A DNA stretch of 64,000 nucleotides from an uncultured Candidatus Saccharibacteria bacterium (GCA_964582295.1 CAZOQP010000002.1:82268-146267), one strand, 5' to 3'. Counted from the first letter of the stretch, positions 47,252 through 57,972 are shown. Translations and numbers: made by a program. Notes: a model not told the origin generated them from the sequence alone.

Positions 47252-47653
47252 ATGGCAAAAACATACGCAATTGTTTTTGGTTTCGTATTCCTGATTCTTG
47301 GTCTATTGTCATGGGTATCCAATCCGCTCGTAGGAGCAGGAGCATTGTTTGCGACTAGCACGGGCCTTACCTGGCTCAATCTAATCGCTGGCATTCTCCT
47401 TCTCGTAGCGGGTTTCAAAATGACAGACAAGGCAGGAACTTGGCTTAAAGTTTTCGGTGTTATCTACGCTCTCCTTGGGATCTTGGGACTTCTGATGACT
47501 GGCTCTGACGGCATGGCAAACATTCTTGGGTTATTGAGCGTAAACACCGCAGGTAATTGGCTGCATCTCATCCTGGGCTTGCTCATGTTCCTGGTGGCCT
47601 GGAAAGGCAACCGCGGAACAGCAATGGGAAGCCCGATGGGAGGCCAAATGTAA
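47252..47653 (+). CDS. DUF4383-like small membrane protein
   Basis: Four hydrophobic helices, Gly-rich. Confidence 0.45.
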   Translation: MAKTYAIVFGFVFLILGLLSWVSNPLVGAGALFATSTGLTWLNLIAGILLLVAGFKMTDKAGTWLKVFGVIYALLGILGLLMTGSDGMANILGLLSVNTAGNWLHLILGLLMFLVAWKGNRGTAMGSPMGGQM

Positions 47654-47686
47654 GCTTTCAGGCGCATTTTGTGCGGTTGAATATCC

Positions 47687-47712
47687 AAAACCCCGCCCAA
47701 AAGCGGGGTTTT
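47687..47712 (+). terminator. rho-independent terminator aaaaccccgcccaaaagcggggtttt
   Basis: GC stem plus T run ~35 nt after the stop. A second hairpin ggcggcctccactggcctagtggaggccgcc follows. Confidence 0.5.
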
Positions 47713-47830
47713 GGTATGGGCGGCCTCCACTGGCCTAGTGGAGGCCGCCCTTGGCAACATGGGGACAAATAAAGCTTTATATAGTATAATGCCCTGTGAG
47801 AGAGTTATTAAGTAAAATTGAATTCCTTAT

Positions 47831-48088
47831 ATGGAGAGAAAAGCGAATCCGGCCTTAATGAAGCCCATGACTCTGACAGCAGAGCTTGAAGCGGTTGTCG
47901 GAAAGGGTCCAATGCCAAGAGGTGAAGTTGTTAAGCAGATGTGGGTATATATCAAGAAGCACAATCTTCAGAACCCCCAGAACAAAAGAAACATCTTGGC
48001 CGATGACAAACTGAAGCCAATATTCGGAGGTAAGAGCGAAGTTACAATGTTTGAAATGACAAAACTCGCTTCAGGCCACATGAGCTAA
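47831..48088 (+). CDS. SWIB/MDM2 domain protein
   Basis: LTAELEAVVGKGPMPRGEVVKQMWVYIKKHNLQNPQNKRNILADDKLKPIFG...MFEMTKL is a SWIB domain. Confidence 0.75.
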   Translation: MERKANPALMKPMTLTAELEAVVGKGPMPRGEVVKQMWVYIKKHNLQNPQNKRNILADDKLKPIFGGKSEVTMFEMTKLASGHMS

Positions 48089-48118
48089 AAGGTTTGAACC
48101 CTTATAATTCAAAAACCC

Positions 48119-48146
48119 GCACCTAGGTGCGGGTTTTTGAATGCCC
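48119..48146 (+). terminator. rho-independent terminator aaaaacccgcacctaggtgcgggttttt
   Basis: Perfect stem with flanking A and T runs. Confidence 0.55.
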
Positions 48147-48209
48147 GTTATTCTTTGCTTCAACAACTATTTTTGGGCTATAATCGCCCTTGTTCAGGCA
48201 GGCTTCTGT

Positions 48210-48357
48210 GGGCCCTTAGCTTGGTTGTAGCGTTTCGTGAAATCAACCTAGAAGTGCCCATTGGATAGAAATACATCGATCATGGGCTCTTAGATTGGTT
48301 GTAGCGTTTCGTGAAAGCAACATAGAAGTGCCTGTCGGCGAGAAGTACATTAATTAT
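48210..48357 (+). repeat. two tandem 74-bp units, each beginning with the first ~22 nt of tRNA-Ala
   Basis: Unit 1 (48210..48283) and unit 2 (48284..48357) are ~80% identical. Both start gggcYcttagMttggttgtagcg, compared with gggcccttagcttagttggtagagcg in the tRNA. They are directly contiguous with the intact tRNA. Confidence 0.5.
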
Positions 48358-48433
48358 GGGCCCTTAGCTTAGTTGGTAGAGCGCCTCATTTGCAATGAGG
48401 AGGTCATCGGTTCGAATCCGATAGGGTCCACCA
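48358..48433 (+). tRNA. tRNA-Ala (anticodon UGC), CCA encoded
   Basis: Cloverleaf GGGCCCT-TA-GCTT-AGTTGGTA-GAGC-G-CCTCA-TTTGCAA-TGAGG-AGGTC-ATCGG-TTCGAAT-CCGAT-AGGGTCC-A-CCA. G3:U70 alanine identity pair present. Confidence 0.9.
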
Positions 48434-48458
48434 AATCTGTTAGCATTAGAACCAGTAT

Positions 48459-48899
48459 ATGCAAATTGGAAAAGATTTTATAGGAATCACAACTCCATTT
48501 TACTGCAATGATGGCAAAGGTAATTTCTTGCTTCATAAGCGGAGCAAGAACTGCCGAGATGAGAATGGAAACTGGGACCCCGGCTCTGGAAAACTGGATT
48601 TTGGCATTTCTCTTGAAGAAAATGTATTGCGAGAAATTGCTGAAGAATACGGGTGTAAGGGAGAAATCCAAGAGCGACTCCCTGCACACGATATTTTCCG
48701 AGAGTATAATGGTGTTAAAACACATTGGGTTGCCATACCGTTTTTTGTTAAAGTAAATCCTCAAGAAGTTAGAAATAATGAACCAGAAAAAATTGATGAC
48801 ATGGATTGGTTTAAATTGGGCGAACTACCCCAACCCTTACACACTGGATTTCAGTTCACATTTTCCAAGTTCAGAAATACTTTCGAGAAATATGAGTAG
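48459..48899 (+). CDS. Nudix-family hydrolase (divergent Nudix box)
   Basis: GKLDFGISLEENVLREIAEEYGC approximates Gx5Ex7REUxEExGU. Length 146 aa. Confidence 0.55.
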   Translation: MQIGKDFIGITTPFYCNDGKGNFLLHKRSKNCRDENGNWDPGSGKLDFGISLEENVLREIAEEYGCKGEIQERLPAHDIFREYNGVKTHWVAIPFFVKVNPQEVRNNEPEKIDDMDWFKLGELPQPLHTGFQFTFSKFRNTFEKYE

Positions 48900-48952
48900 T
48901 TGGTTCCAGTTCACGCGGATGCAGTCCACCTTTTATAACCGAGACAATACAC

Positions 48953-50485
48953 ATGGATAACGTTCACTCAAATACACCGAAGAAAGCCACATTGATAATA
49001 GGCATTTCTTTGGCATTGGGGGTATGTTTTGATCTCTTCTTCTACGAAAAAATGCCGGGTATCGGATTCCCTATATACATTCTCCTCATCACATTGGGTT
49101 TGTTCCTCACTTCCATATATTTCGGCAAGCAAATGAATAAGGATGTTCTCTGGCTCCTTATTCCGCTCGGATTTTTCAGTATGATGGTTTTTGTACGTGC
49201 AAGCATCCTCCTCTCCTTCCTCAATATAGTCGCCAGTCTTTTGATCCTTTTAATTATCGCAAGGGTTTCTATCGCTGAGAAAATAAAAAACTTTTCAGTA
49301 GATGAGTACATAAAAGTTTTTTTCGTTCCTTTTAAAATTATCCTACCGTTTTTCAGGACTATTTCTGATCTTTTCTCCACTCGCCGATTTAAATTAGATA
49401 AGGTGGGCACCTGGTCCCCAGTGGTAAAGGGAATAATCATGGCTATTCCTGTCTTGATTCTATTCATTTTACTTTTCTCATCAGCAGACCTGATATTCCA
49501 AAAGTTCATTTCAAATCTTTTTGACATTGATCTAAACATCAACCCCGAAACAGTATTCCGTCTTATTCTCATAGCGCTCTCGGCGTCAGCTTTTATCGGG
49601 GCATATACATATGCATTTCGCGAACCTCACGAAGATACGGTCGGGGCAAACCACAAATTCCCCGCTGTCGGCCATGTTGAGACATCTATAATCCTTGGCT
49701 CCGTAAATGTCCTGTTCCTTGCTTTTGTACTTGTGCAATTAACATATCTCTTCGGGGGCGAGAGCAATATTTCTTCTCAAGGATTCACTTATGCAGAATA
49801 CGCCCGAAAAGGGTTCTTTGAACTAATTGCTGTTGCTATCATCTCCTTCCTATTACTGTGGATTACTGAAAGAGATATTACAAAAAAGGAAGCGGAACAT
49901 AGTATGTTATTCAAGATATTGAGCGGTGCATTGGTTGTTCAAGTGCTTCTTATCATTAACTCCGCGTTCATACGCCTAATGCTCTACGAGGAGGCATACG
50001 GTTTTACGATATTAAGATTTTATAGTCATGCCTTTACTATTTTGCTGGCTCTTATCTTTTGTTTACTGCTCTACAAAATCTACCGGGACAAAAGAGAAAA
50101 TACCTTTGCCTTCAGGATCTTCATGTCTATCACCTTGTTTTTAATAGTAATGAATTTAATCAATCCCGAGGCCTTTGTAGCCAAGCAAAACATTGACCGC
50201 TTCGCCACTACAGGTAAATTGGACGTTAACTACTTGAGCCGCTTATCGGAAGATGCAATTCCTGCAAGTATGAAAGTTTTGGAAATTTCGGATGAAAGTC
50301 TGCGAGGAAACTTTGGGCATGAGCTATATTTGAGAGCAAGCAGACCATCCTCGTCTCAGACTTCCCAATGGCAGTCAATGAATATATCCCGAATAAAAGC
50401 GGAGGAAATACTAAAATCACGAATAGAAGAACTAGAACAGTTCAAAGATTACCGGTCTGACAATTCCACTCTGGAATCTGATTGA
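48953..50485 (+). CDS. polytopic membrane protein (DUF4173-like)
   Basis: At least 10 hydrophobic helices and a hydrophilic C-terminus. Confidence 0.45.
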   Translation: MDNVHSNTPKKATLIIGISLALGVCFDLFFYEKMPGIGFPIYILLITLGLFLTSIYFGKQMNKDVLWLLIPLGFFSMMVFVRASILLSFLNIVASLLILLIIARVSIAEKIKNFSVDEYIKVFFVPFKIILPFFRTISDLFSTRRFKLDKVGTWSPVVKGIIMAIPVLILFILLFSSADLIFQKFISNLFDIDLNINPETVFRLILIALSASAFIGAYTYAFREPHEDTVGANHKFPAVGHVETSIILGSVNVLFLAFVLVQLTYLFGGESNISSQGFTYAEYARKGFFELIAVAIISFLLLWITERDITKKEAEHSMLFKILSGALVVQVLLIINSAFIRLMLYEEAYGFTILRFYSHAFTILLALIFCLLLYKIYRDKRENTFAFRIFMSITLFLIVMNLINPEAFVAKQNIDRFATTGKLDVNYLSRLSEDAIPASMKVLEISDESLRGNFGHELYLRASRPSSSQTSQWQSMNISRIKAEEILKSRIEELEQFKDYRSDNSTLESD

Positions 50486-50492
50486 TCTCAAA

Positions 50493-51479
50493 TTACTTGT
50501 GCAGGGAGTAGGAAGCGTAAATTATATGATCCCAGAATTGCGAAGGAGTAATACCAACGGCGTGGAGGCCATCATGGAAAAATGAGCCGGCGTGCATGGG
50601 CGGGAGAGAATTAATCTCCAAAAACATCACTCCCCTTTTTGGATGAACCACGAAATCAGAGCGCGAGTATGGTCCCAGGTGAAGCGCTTCGTGAGCTTTT
50701 TTAGCAAGAGCGACTATTTCTTCTTTTATTTTCGTGGCAATACGGGCAGGCGCACGACGTGGAGTGGTCTGCATGTGTTTGTTCTCATACGAAAGGAACT
50801 TACCTCTTTCTATTTCAACAGGCATCAAAGCATACAAAGGTTCCCCGCGAAAATCCCGCATGACACCGCAGGTTATCTCAATGCCTGGAATATATTCCTC
50901 CACGATAGCCGCATCATCGTATGCGAAAACATTTTCTATTGCTTTCATTAATTCAGGCGGAGTGGCAACGATCGCAATGCCAAGCGAGGAACTCCCCCGT
51001 GCAGGCTTCACAATGGCAGGCATCGGGACCGAGCGGAATGTTTGGGATATTGACTCATGTCCGAAACCTTCCTTTCTCACCATTTCGTGATGAGGCATAC
51101 GAGACACCACTTTCTTCAGGAATTTTTTAGAGGCATGTTTGTTGTATGAAAGAGCGCTGGCGAAAGGAGATGCGCCGGTGTGGGGCACACCTAAAGATTG
51201 GAGCATGCGGGAAAGCGAGCCATCTTCACCCGCCAGACCGTGAAGTGCATTTATAACGATATCCAGATTGAGAACAACTCTTTCGGGAGTCCGCGGCAAT
51301 CCCCCCATATGCCAAACACCCTGCCTGTCCACCAAAACATCAAAAGCTTCATAGCGATCCTGCAAGTCTTCACGGAGAACAGCTAGTATTGCCGCACCCG
51401 TTGCAAGAGAGACGTCGTATTCAGGAGATGCGCCGCCGCGCACTACACCAACGCGGATCCTTTTAAGACGAAATGACAT
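50493..51479 (-). CDS. ddl: D-alanine--D-alanine ligase (ATP-grasp)
   Basis: N-terminus VGVVRGGASPEYDVSLATGAAI, ATP-grasp core, and C-terminal GSFFHDGL. Confidence 0.7.
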   Translation of the reverse strand: MSFRLKRIRVGVVRGGASPEYDVSLATGAAILAVLREDLQDRYEAFDVLVDRQGVWHMGGLPRTPERVVLNLDIVINALHGLAGEDGSLSRMLQSLGVPHTGASPFASALSYNKHASKKFLKKVVSRMPHHEMVRKEGFGHESISQTFRSVPMPAIVKPARGSSSLGIAIVATPPELMKAIENVFAYDDAAIVEEYIPGIEITCGVMRDFRGEPLYALMPVEIERGKFLSYENKHMQTTPRRAPARIATKIKEEIVALAKKAHEALHLGPYSRSDFVVHPKRGVMFLEINSLPPMHAGSFFHDGLHAVGITPSQFWDHIIYASYSLHK

Positions 51480-51488
51480 GCTCCTATT

Positions 51489-52814
51489 CTATCTCATTCT
51501 TTTGCTACGCAAATGACGATGATAGTTGATTGCAAAACGATGAGCCTCGCTGTTTGCAAGAAGAATGGCCCGCCCCCAGCTTTCCACTGTGTTTTTTTGC
51601 CCGATTATATCTTTGGCTTTGTGCCTTTCGTCTTTTGTAACTGCCGAAATATCAATATTGAAACCTCTCTCGGCTATCACCCCCTTGGCCGCATTTATCT
51701 GCGCAGTACTGCCGTCAACCACTATTAAATTGGGCAGTGGCCATTCAGCATGCCCCAGGCGACGGCGTAGGATTTCCTTCAAATTCGCTATATCGTGGGC
51801 AATATCCTTTCCTGCGCCGCGGATACGAAATTTTCTGTAGTCGCTCCTCAAAGCTTCCCCGTCTTCAACTACCACCATCACGCCCACCGTGTCCGTACCT
51901 GAAATATGTGCGATATCGTATGCTTCAATTCTAAAAACAGCTCCCTGTGTTTTGCTTCTGGCTTCTAGTTTTAGGTCATTTTTCAAAAGAGCTACATCTT
52001 GAATATGATTGAGAGCGAAAATAGTGCGCTTAACTTTTTCAGCTTCTTCGAATTTCTCCGCACGAGCCAGTTTTTTCATATCCTGCTCTAAAGATCTTAT
52101 AACTGCTTTCTTTTTACCCCGGAAAAACAAAATTATGTGGCGGATGGTTTTAGCATATTCCTGTTTAGATATCTCCCCAGTGCATACTCCTGGACACAAT
52201 CCTATCTGCCTGTTGAAGCATGGTCTTCCTCTTCGAGTCTGAAGACCTGTCAGAGTCTGAACGACCTGTCCCGGCTTACACTTGGCGTCTCGGAAAGGAA
52301 AAATCCTCCGTATTATCTTGAGAGCATCACGCAATTGCATACCGTGAGGGAACGGCCCGAAGCTGGCTTTTATTTTTGAAAGTCCAAGCGTTTTGAACTT
52401 CAGGTCACGACCACGCACTATGAGCACCTGCGGAAAATCCCCGCCCGACCGATGACCATCGGTCATTCGGGCAGGCTCTTTGGTAATGACAACATAAGAA
52501 AAGCTTTTATTGTCTTTTTCACGGGCATTATATTTGGGCTGATGTTTGCGTATTTCCTCCGCTTCCAAAATTAGGGCTTCAAGGACGGAGTCGGTAGGTG
52601 TAAAGGAAAGTGTGTCCGCTTCCACAAGCATTGAAACAAGGCGGCTACCGCGCGTGCGGATAAGATCATTGGCAAAATAGCTTCGCACGCGGTCTTTGAG
52701 TGACGTAGCTTTGCCTATATAAAGGATTTCCCTGCCTTTTTTGAAAAAATACACACCAGGGCTTTCGGGAAGGCCATATTTTTTAATATCCCCTATCTTC
52801 ATAAGTGCCGCCAT
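51489..52814 (-). CDS. uvrC: excinuclease ABC subunit C, short form lacking the C-terminal (HhH)2
   Basis: GIY-YIG LPESPGVYFFKKGREILYIGKATSLKDRV, a Cys-rich UvrB-interacting region, and an RNase H-like endonuclease domain. Only 441 aa. Confidence 0.8.
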   Translation of the reverse strand: MAALMKIGDIKKYGLPESPGVYFFKKGREILYIGKATSLKDRVRSYFANDLIRTRGSRLVSMLVEADTLSFTPTDSVLEALILEAEEIRKHQPKYNAREKDNKSFSYVVITKEPARMTDGHRSGGDFPQVLIVRGRDLKFKTLGLSKIKASFGPFPHGMQLRDALKIIRRIFPFRDAKCKPGQVVQTLTGLQTRRGRPCFNRQIGLCPGVCTGEISKQEYAKTIRHIILFFRGKKKAVIRSLEQDMKKLARAEKFEEAEKVKRTIFALNHIQDVALLKNDLKLEARSKTQGAVFRIEAYDIAHISGTDTVGVMVVVEDGEALRSDYRKFRIRGAGKDIAHDIANLKEILRRRLGHAEWPLPNLIVVDGSTAQINAAKGVIAERGFNIDISAVTKDERHKAKDIIGQKNTVESWGRAILLANSEAHRFAINYHRHLRSKRMR

Positions 52815-53148
52815 ATTAGCGCAAGAAGAGATGTATCACCATAAATAATCAGGGCTTCCGCAAATGCGGAAGCCCTTTTTCTACGAAAATGCTACATCTG
52901 ACGACGTTCCTGAAGTGCGGGGTCATCGTGATGCTCGCGCCGCTTTGGTTCTGGTTTTTTGGTCCTCAGTTGCCGGTTCGGGGCGACTTGGGGAATTACC
53001 TCCCCAGCCGGACCAAATCCCCGCCTTTGCGAGAAAAAGATCGAATTACGGCGCTGTTGAGCACCACTTGCTCTTTTCTTCATCCTCGTCCTCGGTGAAG
53101 GATAAGTAAGGAACTGCGCGGACTTACCACTAGTATTTATATCACATC

Positions 53149-55761
53149 CTACCTCTTTCGCAAAGCTTTTTTAAGATATTTTCCTGTGTGGGTATTCGTA
53201 TTCGCCACATCTTCAGGTGTCCCTTTTGCCATTATTCTTCCACCACCGGCACCCCCTTCTGGGCCGATATCTATCACCCAGTCGGATGATTTTATGATAT
53301 CCATATTGTGTTCAATGACCATCACGGTATTACCTTTATCCACCAACCGCTGAAGAATCTCAATGAGTTTGCGCACATCATCATAATGAAGACCGATCGT
53401 CGGCTCATCTAAAAGATAAATTGTTTTCTGGACATGCGGGCGGTAAAGCTCGGAGGAAATTTTCACGCGCTGTGCTTCGCCTCCTGAAAGAGTAGTGGCC
53501 GATTGCCCCAGCTCCAAATAGCCGAGCCCCACATCCTTAAGGGTTTTCAGACGGTCATAAACAGAAGGAATATCCTCAAAAAATTCAATAGCTTCATCAA
53601 CCGTCATCTTCAGTATCTCGTAAATGTTTTTATGCTTGTATGTCACCTCCAATGTTTCCTTGGTAAAGCGCTTGCCCTGGCAGACATCGCACGGCACATA
53701 CACCGTCGGAAGGAAATGCATTTCTACTTCTATAAGGCCATTTCCCTGGCATGTTTCGCACCGCCCGCCGCCGCGCGCGGATGGCACATTGAAGGAAAAC
53801 CTGTTGGCCCGCCATCCGCGCGCCCGCGCTTCCGCTGTTTCCGCAAAAAGATCTCGCACAAATGTCCATGCACCAGTGTAAGTAGCCGGATTTGAACGTG
53901 GCGTGCGGCCGATAGGCGATTGATCAATAAGAATAGTGCGCCCAACGTATTCCGTACCGGAAAAAGAAGCACAGTTATATGTATCTGCCGTTCTATATTT
54001 CCGGTCAAGTCGTCCTTGGAGATTTTTATGCACCACCTCATACATAAAAGTGGATTTGCCGGAGCCGGAAACTCCCGTTAATGCGATAAGTCGGCCAAGA
54101 GGAATTTTCGCATCCACGTTTTGGAGATTGAAAATAGTAGCGCCCTTGATCACAAGTTCCCCCTTCTCGCTCTCCCGGCGTTTTTCAGGCACAGGTATTT
54201 CGTCTTCCCCACGGAGATACGCGAGCGTACGCGAGCCACTCGTGTTTTTCTTTGCAGAAAGTAGATTCTCTAAATAATCGGCTGTTACCACTTCCCCGCC
54301 GTGCATTCCTGCGCCGGGACCTATGTCCACCAGATAATCGGATGCAAAAATAGTGTCTTCATCATGTTCCACTACAATGATGGTGTTCCCGAGGTCGCGC
54401 AAAGATAAAAGGGTTTTCACCAGGCGGTCGTTATCACGAGAATGCAGACCTATCGTCGGCTCATCCAATACATATAGAGCGCCGACAAGGCCTGAACCAA
54501 GCTGGGATGCCAAACGGATGCGCTGGGCTTCGCCCCCTGAAAGCGTGTGAGCGCGCCTATTCAATGAAAGATATTCAATACCCACATTCCTCATGAATTC
54601 CAAACGCGAAGCTATCTCTTTCACCACTACGGACGATATACTTTCTTCCCTTTTCGTAAGCTTTGTCTCTATCATGAATTCGTAAGCATCTTCAATAGAC
54701 ATGGCTGTGAAATCCACTATGTTCTTGCCGTTTATCAAAATATGCAGAGCTTCCTCGCGAAGGCGCGCACCCTTACATTTCGGGCAGGGTTCCGAACCGA
54801 AAAAATGCTTGGTGCCGAGGCCGTTACATTCAGGGCAGGCACCGTACGGCGAGTTGAAAGAGAAAAGACGCGGCTCTATTTCAGGATATGAATAGCCGTC
54901 GTGTGGGCATGAAAATTTTGAAGACAAAAGTGCGTCATCATCTTTGCCGAAAGAGAACACTACCAGCCCTTCGCTTTCGGACAATGCTTTTGCAATAGCG
55001 TCTGAAAGCCGCTCCTCGGCATCTTTGGCGCTGTCCTTTATTTTGAAATCGGTAATGCTTATAGAATCTATCAAAACTTCAATGGAATGCCTTTTGTTCT
55101 TATCAAGCACTATTTGCTCACGGAGTTTTTTCTTCACACCATCCACGCGCACCTCCATAAAACCTTTACCCAGAAGATCGTATAAAAGCTGGTAGTATTC
55201 CCCTTTTCTACCTCGCACCACAGGAGCATAGATCTCCACGAAAGACATGTCATGCACCAGCTTTTTTGATTTAGTTGCAGCACTTGGCTTTTTTATGTGC
55301 TCGTTTATTTTTTCCAGAGCAAAATGTTTTATTTCGTCAAAAGAAAGCTTTGATATTTCGCGGTTGCAAACCAAGCAATGCGGATGGCCGATGCGCGCAT
55401 ACAAAATACGCAGGTAGTCGTATATTTCAGTGATGGTCGCCACCGTTGAGCGTGGATTGTTGGAGCGGGATTTTTGGTCAATTGAAATAGCGGGCGAAAG
55501 GCCGACTATTTCATCCACATCCGGCTTCTGCATCTGGTGCAGGAATTGGCGCGCATATGAAGAGAGAGACTCCACATAGCGCCTCTGGCCTTCTGCAAAA
55601 ATAGTGTCAAAAGCCAGTGAGGATTTTCCGGAGCCGGAAAGGCCCGTCATCACCACCATTTTGTTGCGTGGCATTTTAACCGTGATGTTTTTCAGGTTGT
55701 GCGTGCGGGCACCTTTGACTATAAGCCAGTCTTCTTTATTTGATCCGGGATTTTTTGACAT
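53149..55761 (-). CDS. uvrA: excinuclease ABC subunit A
   Basis: Tandem ABC ATPase modules ([23 protein letters not shown] twice) with zinc-finger insertions. Confidence 0.9.
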   Translation of the reverse strand: MSKNPGSNKEDWLIVKGARTHNLKNITVKMPRNKMVVMTGLSGSGKSSLAFDTIFAEGQRRYVESLSSYARQFLHQMQKPDVDEIVGLSPAISIDQKSRSNNPRSTVATITEIYDYLRILYARIGHPHCLVCNREISKLSFDEIKHFALEKINEHIKKPSAATKSKKLVHDMSFVEIYAPVVRGRKGEYYQLLYDLLGKGFMEVRVDGVKKKLREQIVLDKNKRHSIEVLIDSISITDFKIKDSAKDAEERLSDAIAKALSESEGLVVFSFGKDDDALLSSKFSCPHDGYSYPEIEPRLFSFNSPYGACPECNGLGTKHFFGSEPCPKCKGARLREEALHILINGKNIVDFTAMSIEDAYEFMIETKLTKREESISSVVVKEIASRLEFMRNVGIEYLSLNRRAHTLSGGEAQRIRLASQLGSGLVGALYVLDEPTIGLHSRDNDRLVKTLLSLRDLGNTIIVVEHDEDTIFASDYLVDIGPGAGMHGGEVVTADYLENLLSAKKNTSGSRTLAYLRGEDEIPVPEKRRESEKGELVIKGATIFNLQNVDAKIPLGRLIALTGVSGSGKSTFMYEVVHKNLQGRLDRKYRTADTYNCASFSGTEYVGRTILIDQSPIGRTPRSNPATYTGAWTFVRDLFAETAEARARGWRANRFSFNVPSARGGGRCETCQGNGLIEVEMHFLPTVYVPCDVCQGKRFTKETLEVTYKHKNIYEILKMTVDEAIEFFEDIPSVYDRLKTLKDVGLGYLELGQSATTLSGGEAQRVKISSELYRPHVQKTIYLLDEPTIGLHYDDVRKLIEILQRLVDKGNTVMVIEHNMDIIKSSDWVIDIGPEGGAGGGRIMAKGTPEDVANTNTHTGKYLKKALRKR

Positions 55762-55896
55762 AAAGCGATTAGCCCCATGGGCAAGCCATAGGGGTTAGAA
55801 CGAACGGATTATAGCATGATCAAAGCTTTTCATATACACCAGACATTTTAAAATTTACAATCTGGATTCTCCTCATAACATACGATATATCGTATG

Positions 55897-57972
55897 TTAA
55901 TTTCTGGGTGGTATCCTTTTTGATTTTGTAGAAAGGTTTTTCTTTTTTTCGGATTCGCGCATTTTTTCGTAAAGCATGCGTATCTCGTCGCGGAGGATGG
56001 CGGCTGTTTCAAAGTCCAATACTTTCACGGCGGCATTCATTTGCTTTTCTTTTTGAGTGATAAGTTTTTTGGGATTTTTAATAAATTGTGCTTCATCAAT
56101 TTTCAGAAGATCACCCACAGCATTACCGTGCTCTCGATTCAGGGTGTCGGTAATATCCCTGATGGCTTTCACAATTGTTTGAGGTGTGATGCCGTGTTCT
56201 TTGTTGTATGCAAGCTGAATGGCTCTGCGTCTTTCTGTTTCCCCTATCGCTCTTTCAAGCGAACCTGTCATATGATCAGCATAAAGAAATACCTTGCCGT
56301 CAACATTGCGAGCGGCGCGGCCAATGATCTGGATGAGCGAAGTTTCTGAACGCAAAAAACCTTCTTTGTCCGCATCTAAAATGCCAATGAAAGTAACTTC
56401 TGGAAGGTCCAATCCTTCTCGCAAAAGATTTACACCCACGAGACAGTCAAATTCGCCACGCCTGAAAGCTGTTAATATTTCTATACGTTCAATGGTTTTT
56501 ATATCGCTGTGAAGATATTTTGATTTGATACCGCGGCCCGCCAAAAATTCCGCCAAGTCTTCCGCCATGCGTTTTGTGAGAGTGGTAGCGATGGCACGCC
56601 CACCTTTTTTTATTATGTTTTCCGTCTCCGTTATAAAATCCTGCACTTGGCCGCCATAATCCCCCCTTGCCGTAACGGGCCGTACGAAAACTTCCGGATC
56701 AATAAGGCCTGTTGGGCGAATGACCTGCTCTACCACCGCATCCGACACCTTCTTTTCATAAGGCCCGGGAGTGGCCGAGGTGTATAAAGTCTGCCCCACC
56801 CTTTCCAAAAACTCTTCATGGCGAAGCGGCCTGTTGTCTTTGGCGCTTGGCAGACGGAAACCATGCTCTACCAGTGTTTCCTTGCGGGATTGATCGCCCG
56901 CATACATACCGTTCAGCTGTGGCACCGTAACATGGGATTCATCAATGACCGTCAAAAATTGCGGCACACCTTTTGAGTCTCTTGGAAAATATGAAAGCAG
57001 ACTATCCGGCGGCTCGCCCGAGCTACGGCCGTCAAAATGCCGCGAATAATTTTCAATACCGTTCACGTATCCGATTTCACGTATAAGAGCAAGGTCGTAA
57101 GAAGTGCGGCGCTTCAATCTTTCGTATTCAAGCAGTTTCCCCTCTGCCTGAAATTTCTCCAACTGCACTTCTAATTCTTTTTTTATTTCCATAAGGGCAC
57201 GTTCTGCCGCACCAGCACCTGCAATATAATGCTTGGCTGGAAAAAGAAAATATACATCCAGATTCCCAAGAATAGTGCGCGAAGTGGCATCATATTTGGT
57301 GAGTGCCGAAATAACACCGCCCGCAATATCCACGCGATATATCACTTTTTCAGAAACCGGCATTATCTCAAAAGCATTTCCCACCACCCGGAATTGCCCT
57401 GCGGTAAGATCGCCATTGGTGCGGGAGTAATGAATAGCTATAAGCTTGCGTATAAGCTCGGCGCGGCTGGCAGATTCCCCTACTGCCAGTTTCAAATGTA
57501 CTTTTTCATATTCCACCGGACTGCCAAGGCCGTATATGCAGGACACACTGGCCACGATGACGACATCTTTCCGTGTTAAAAGAGCTTGGGTAGAGGCATG
57601 GCGCAAGCGGTCAATTTCAGCATTTATCTGTGCTTCTTTTTCAATATACGTGTCCGTCACAGGCACATATGCTTCCGGCTGGTAGTAGTCGTAATAGGAA
57701 ACAAAATAATGCACGGCATTGTCTGGGAAAAATTCTCGATATTCCTGCGCCAATTGCGCGGCCAAGGTTTTGTTGTGAGCAATGACCAATGTTGGTACCT
57801 GTAGTTTTTGGATGACATTCGCAACCGTAAATGTTTTTCCAGAGCCAGTTACACCTAAAAGAGTCTGTTTTTGGAGGCCCTTTTCAAAACCCTTCGTGAG
57901 GGCTTCTATAGCTTTGGGTTGATCTCCCGCCGGAGAGTATTCACTCTTGAGTTTGAATAAGTTGGTTTTCAT
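55897..57972 (-). CDS. uvrB: excinuclease ABC subunit B
   Basis: FKLKSEYSPAGDQPKAI, GVTGSGKT helicase motifs, and a C-terminal UVR domain. Start taken at MKTNLFKL. Confidence 0.9.
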   Translation of the reverse strand: MKTNLFKLKSEYSPAGDQPKAIEALTKGFEKGLQKQTLLGVTGSGKTFTVANVIQKLQVPTLVIAHNKTLAAQLAQEYREFFPDNAVHYFVSYYDYYQPEAYVPVTDTYIEKEAQINAEIDRLRHASTQALLTRKDVVIVASVSCIYGLGSPVEYEKVHLKLAVGESASRAELIRKLIAIHYSRTNGDLTAGQFRVVGNAFEIMPVSEKVIYRVDIAGGVISALTKYDATSRTILGNLDVYFLFPAKHYIAGAGAAERALMEIKKELEVQLEKFQAEGKLLEYERLKRRTSYDLALIREIGYVNGIENYSRHFDGRSSGEPPDSLLSYFPRDSKGVPQFLTVIDESHVTVPQLNGMYAGDQSRKETLVEHGFRLPSAKDNRPLRHEEFLERVGQTLYTSATPGPYEKKVSDAVVEQVIRPTGLIDPEVFVRPVTARGDYGGQVQDFITETENIIKKGGRAIATTLTKRMAEDLAEFLAGRGIKSKYLHSDIKTIERIEILTAFRRGEFDCLVGVNLLREGLDLPEVTFIGILDADKEGFLRSETSLIQIIGRAARNVDGKVFLYADHMTGSLERAIGETERRRAIQLAYNKEHGITPQTIVKAIRDITDTLNREHGNAVGDLLKIDEAQFIKNPKKLITQKEKQMNAAVKVLDFETAAILRDEIRMLYEKMRESEKKKNLSTKSKRIPPRN

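Noticed and set aside
48210-48357. The two units upstream of tRNA-Ala as additional tRNA genes or pseudogenes.
   Set aside because: Only the first ~22 nt resemble a tRNA. Neither unit has a complementary 3' acceptor strand or a T-arm, so neither can form a cloverleaf.
52864-53109. Overlapping plus and minus ORFs of 81 and 63 aa in the uvrA-uvrC spacer.
   Set aside because: Their composition (Arg/Pro/Ser/Ala-rich) is typical of spurious ORFs in a GC-rich stretch. The region is treated as a candidate non-coding RNA instead.
52846-53148. Possible tmRNA, RNase P RNA or SRP RNA in the uvrA-uvrC spacer.
   Set aside because: The region is too short for tmRNA or RNase P. None of the tmRNA tRNA-like 3' end (GTTCGAATCC...CCA), the RNase P P4 AGGAAAGUCCGGGCUCC, or the SRP CAGGUCCGGAAGGAAGCAGCC signatures were found on either strand.
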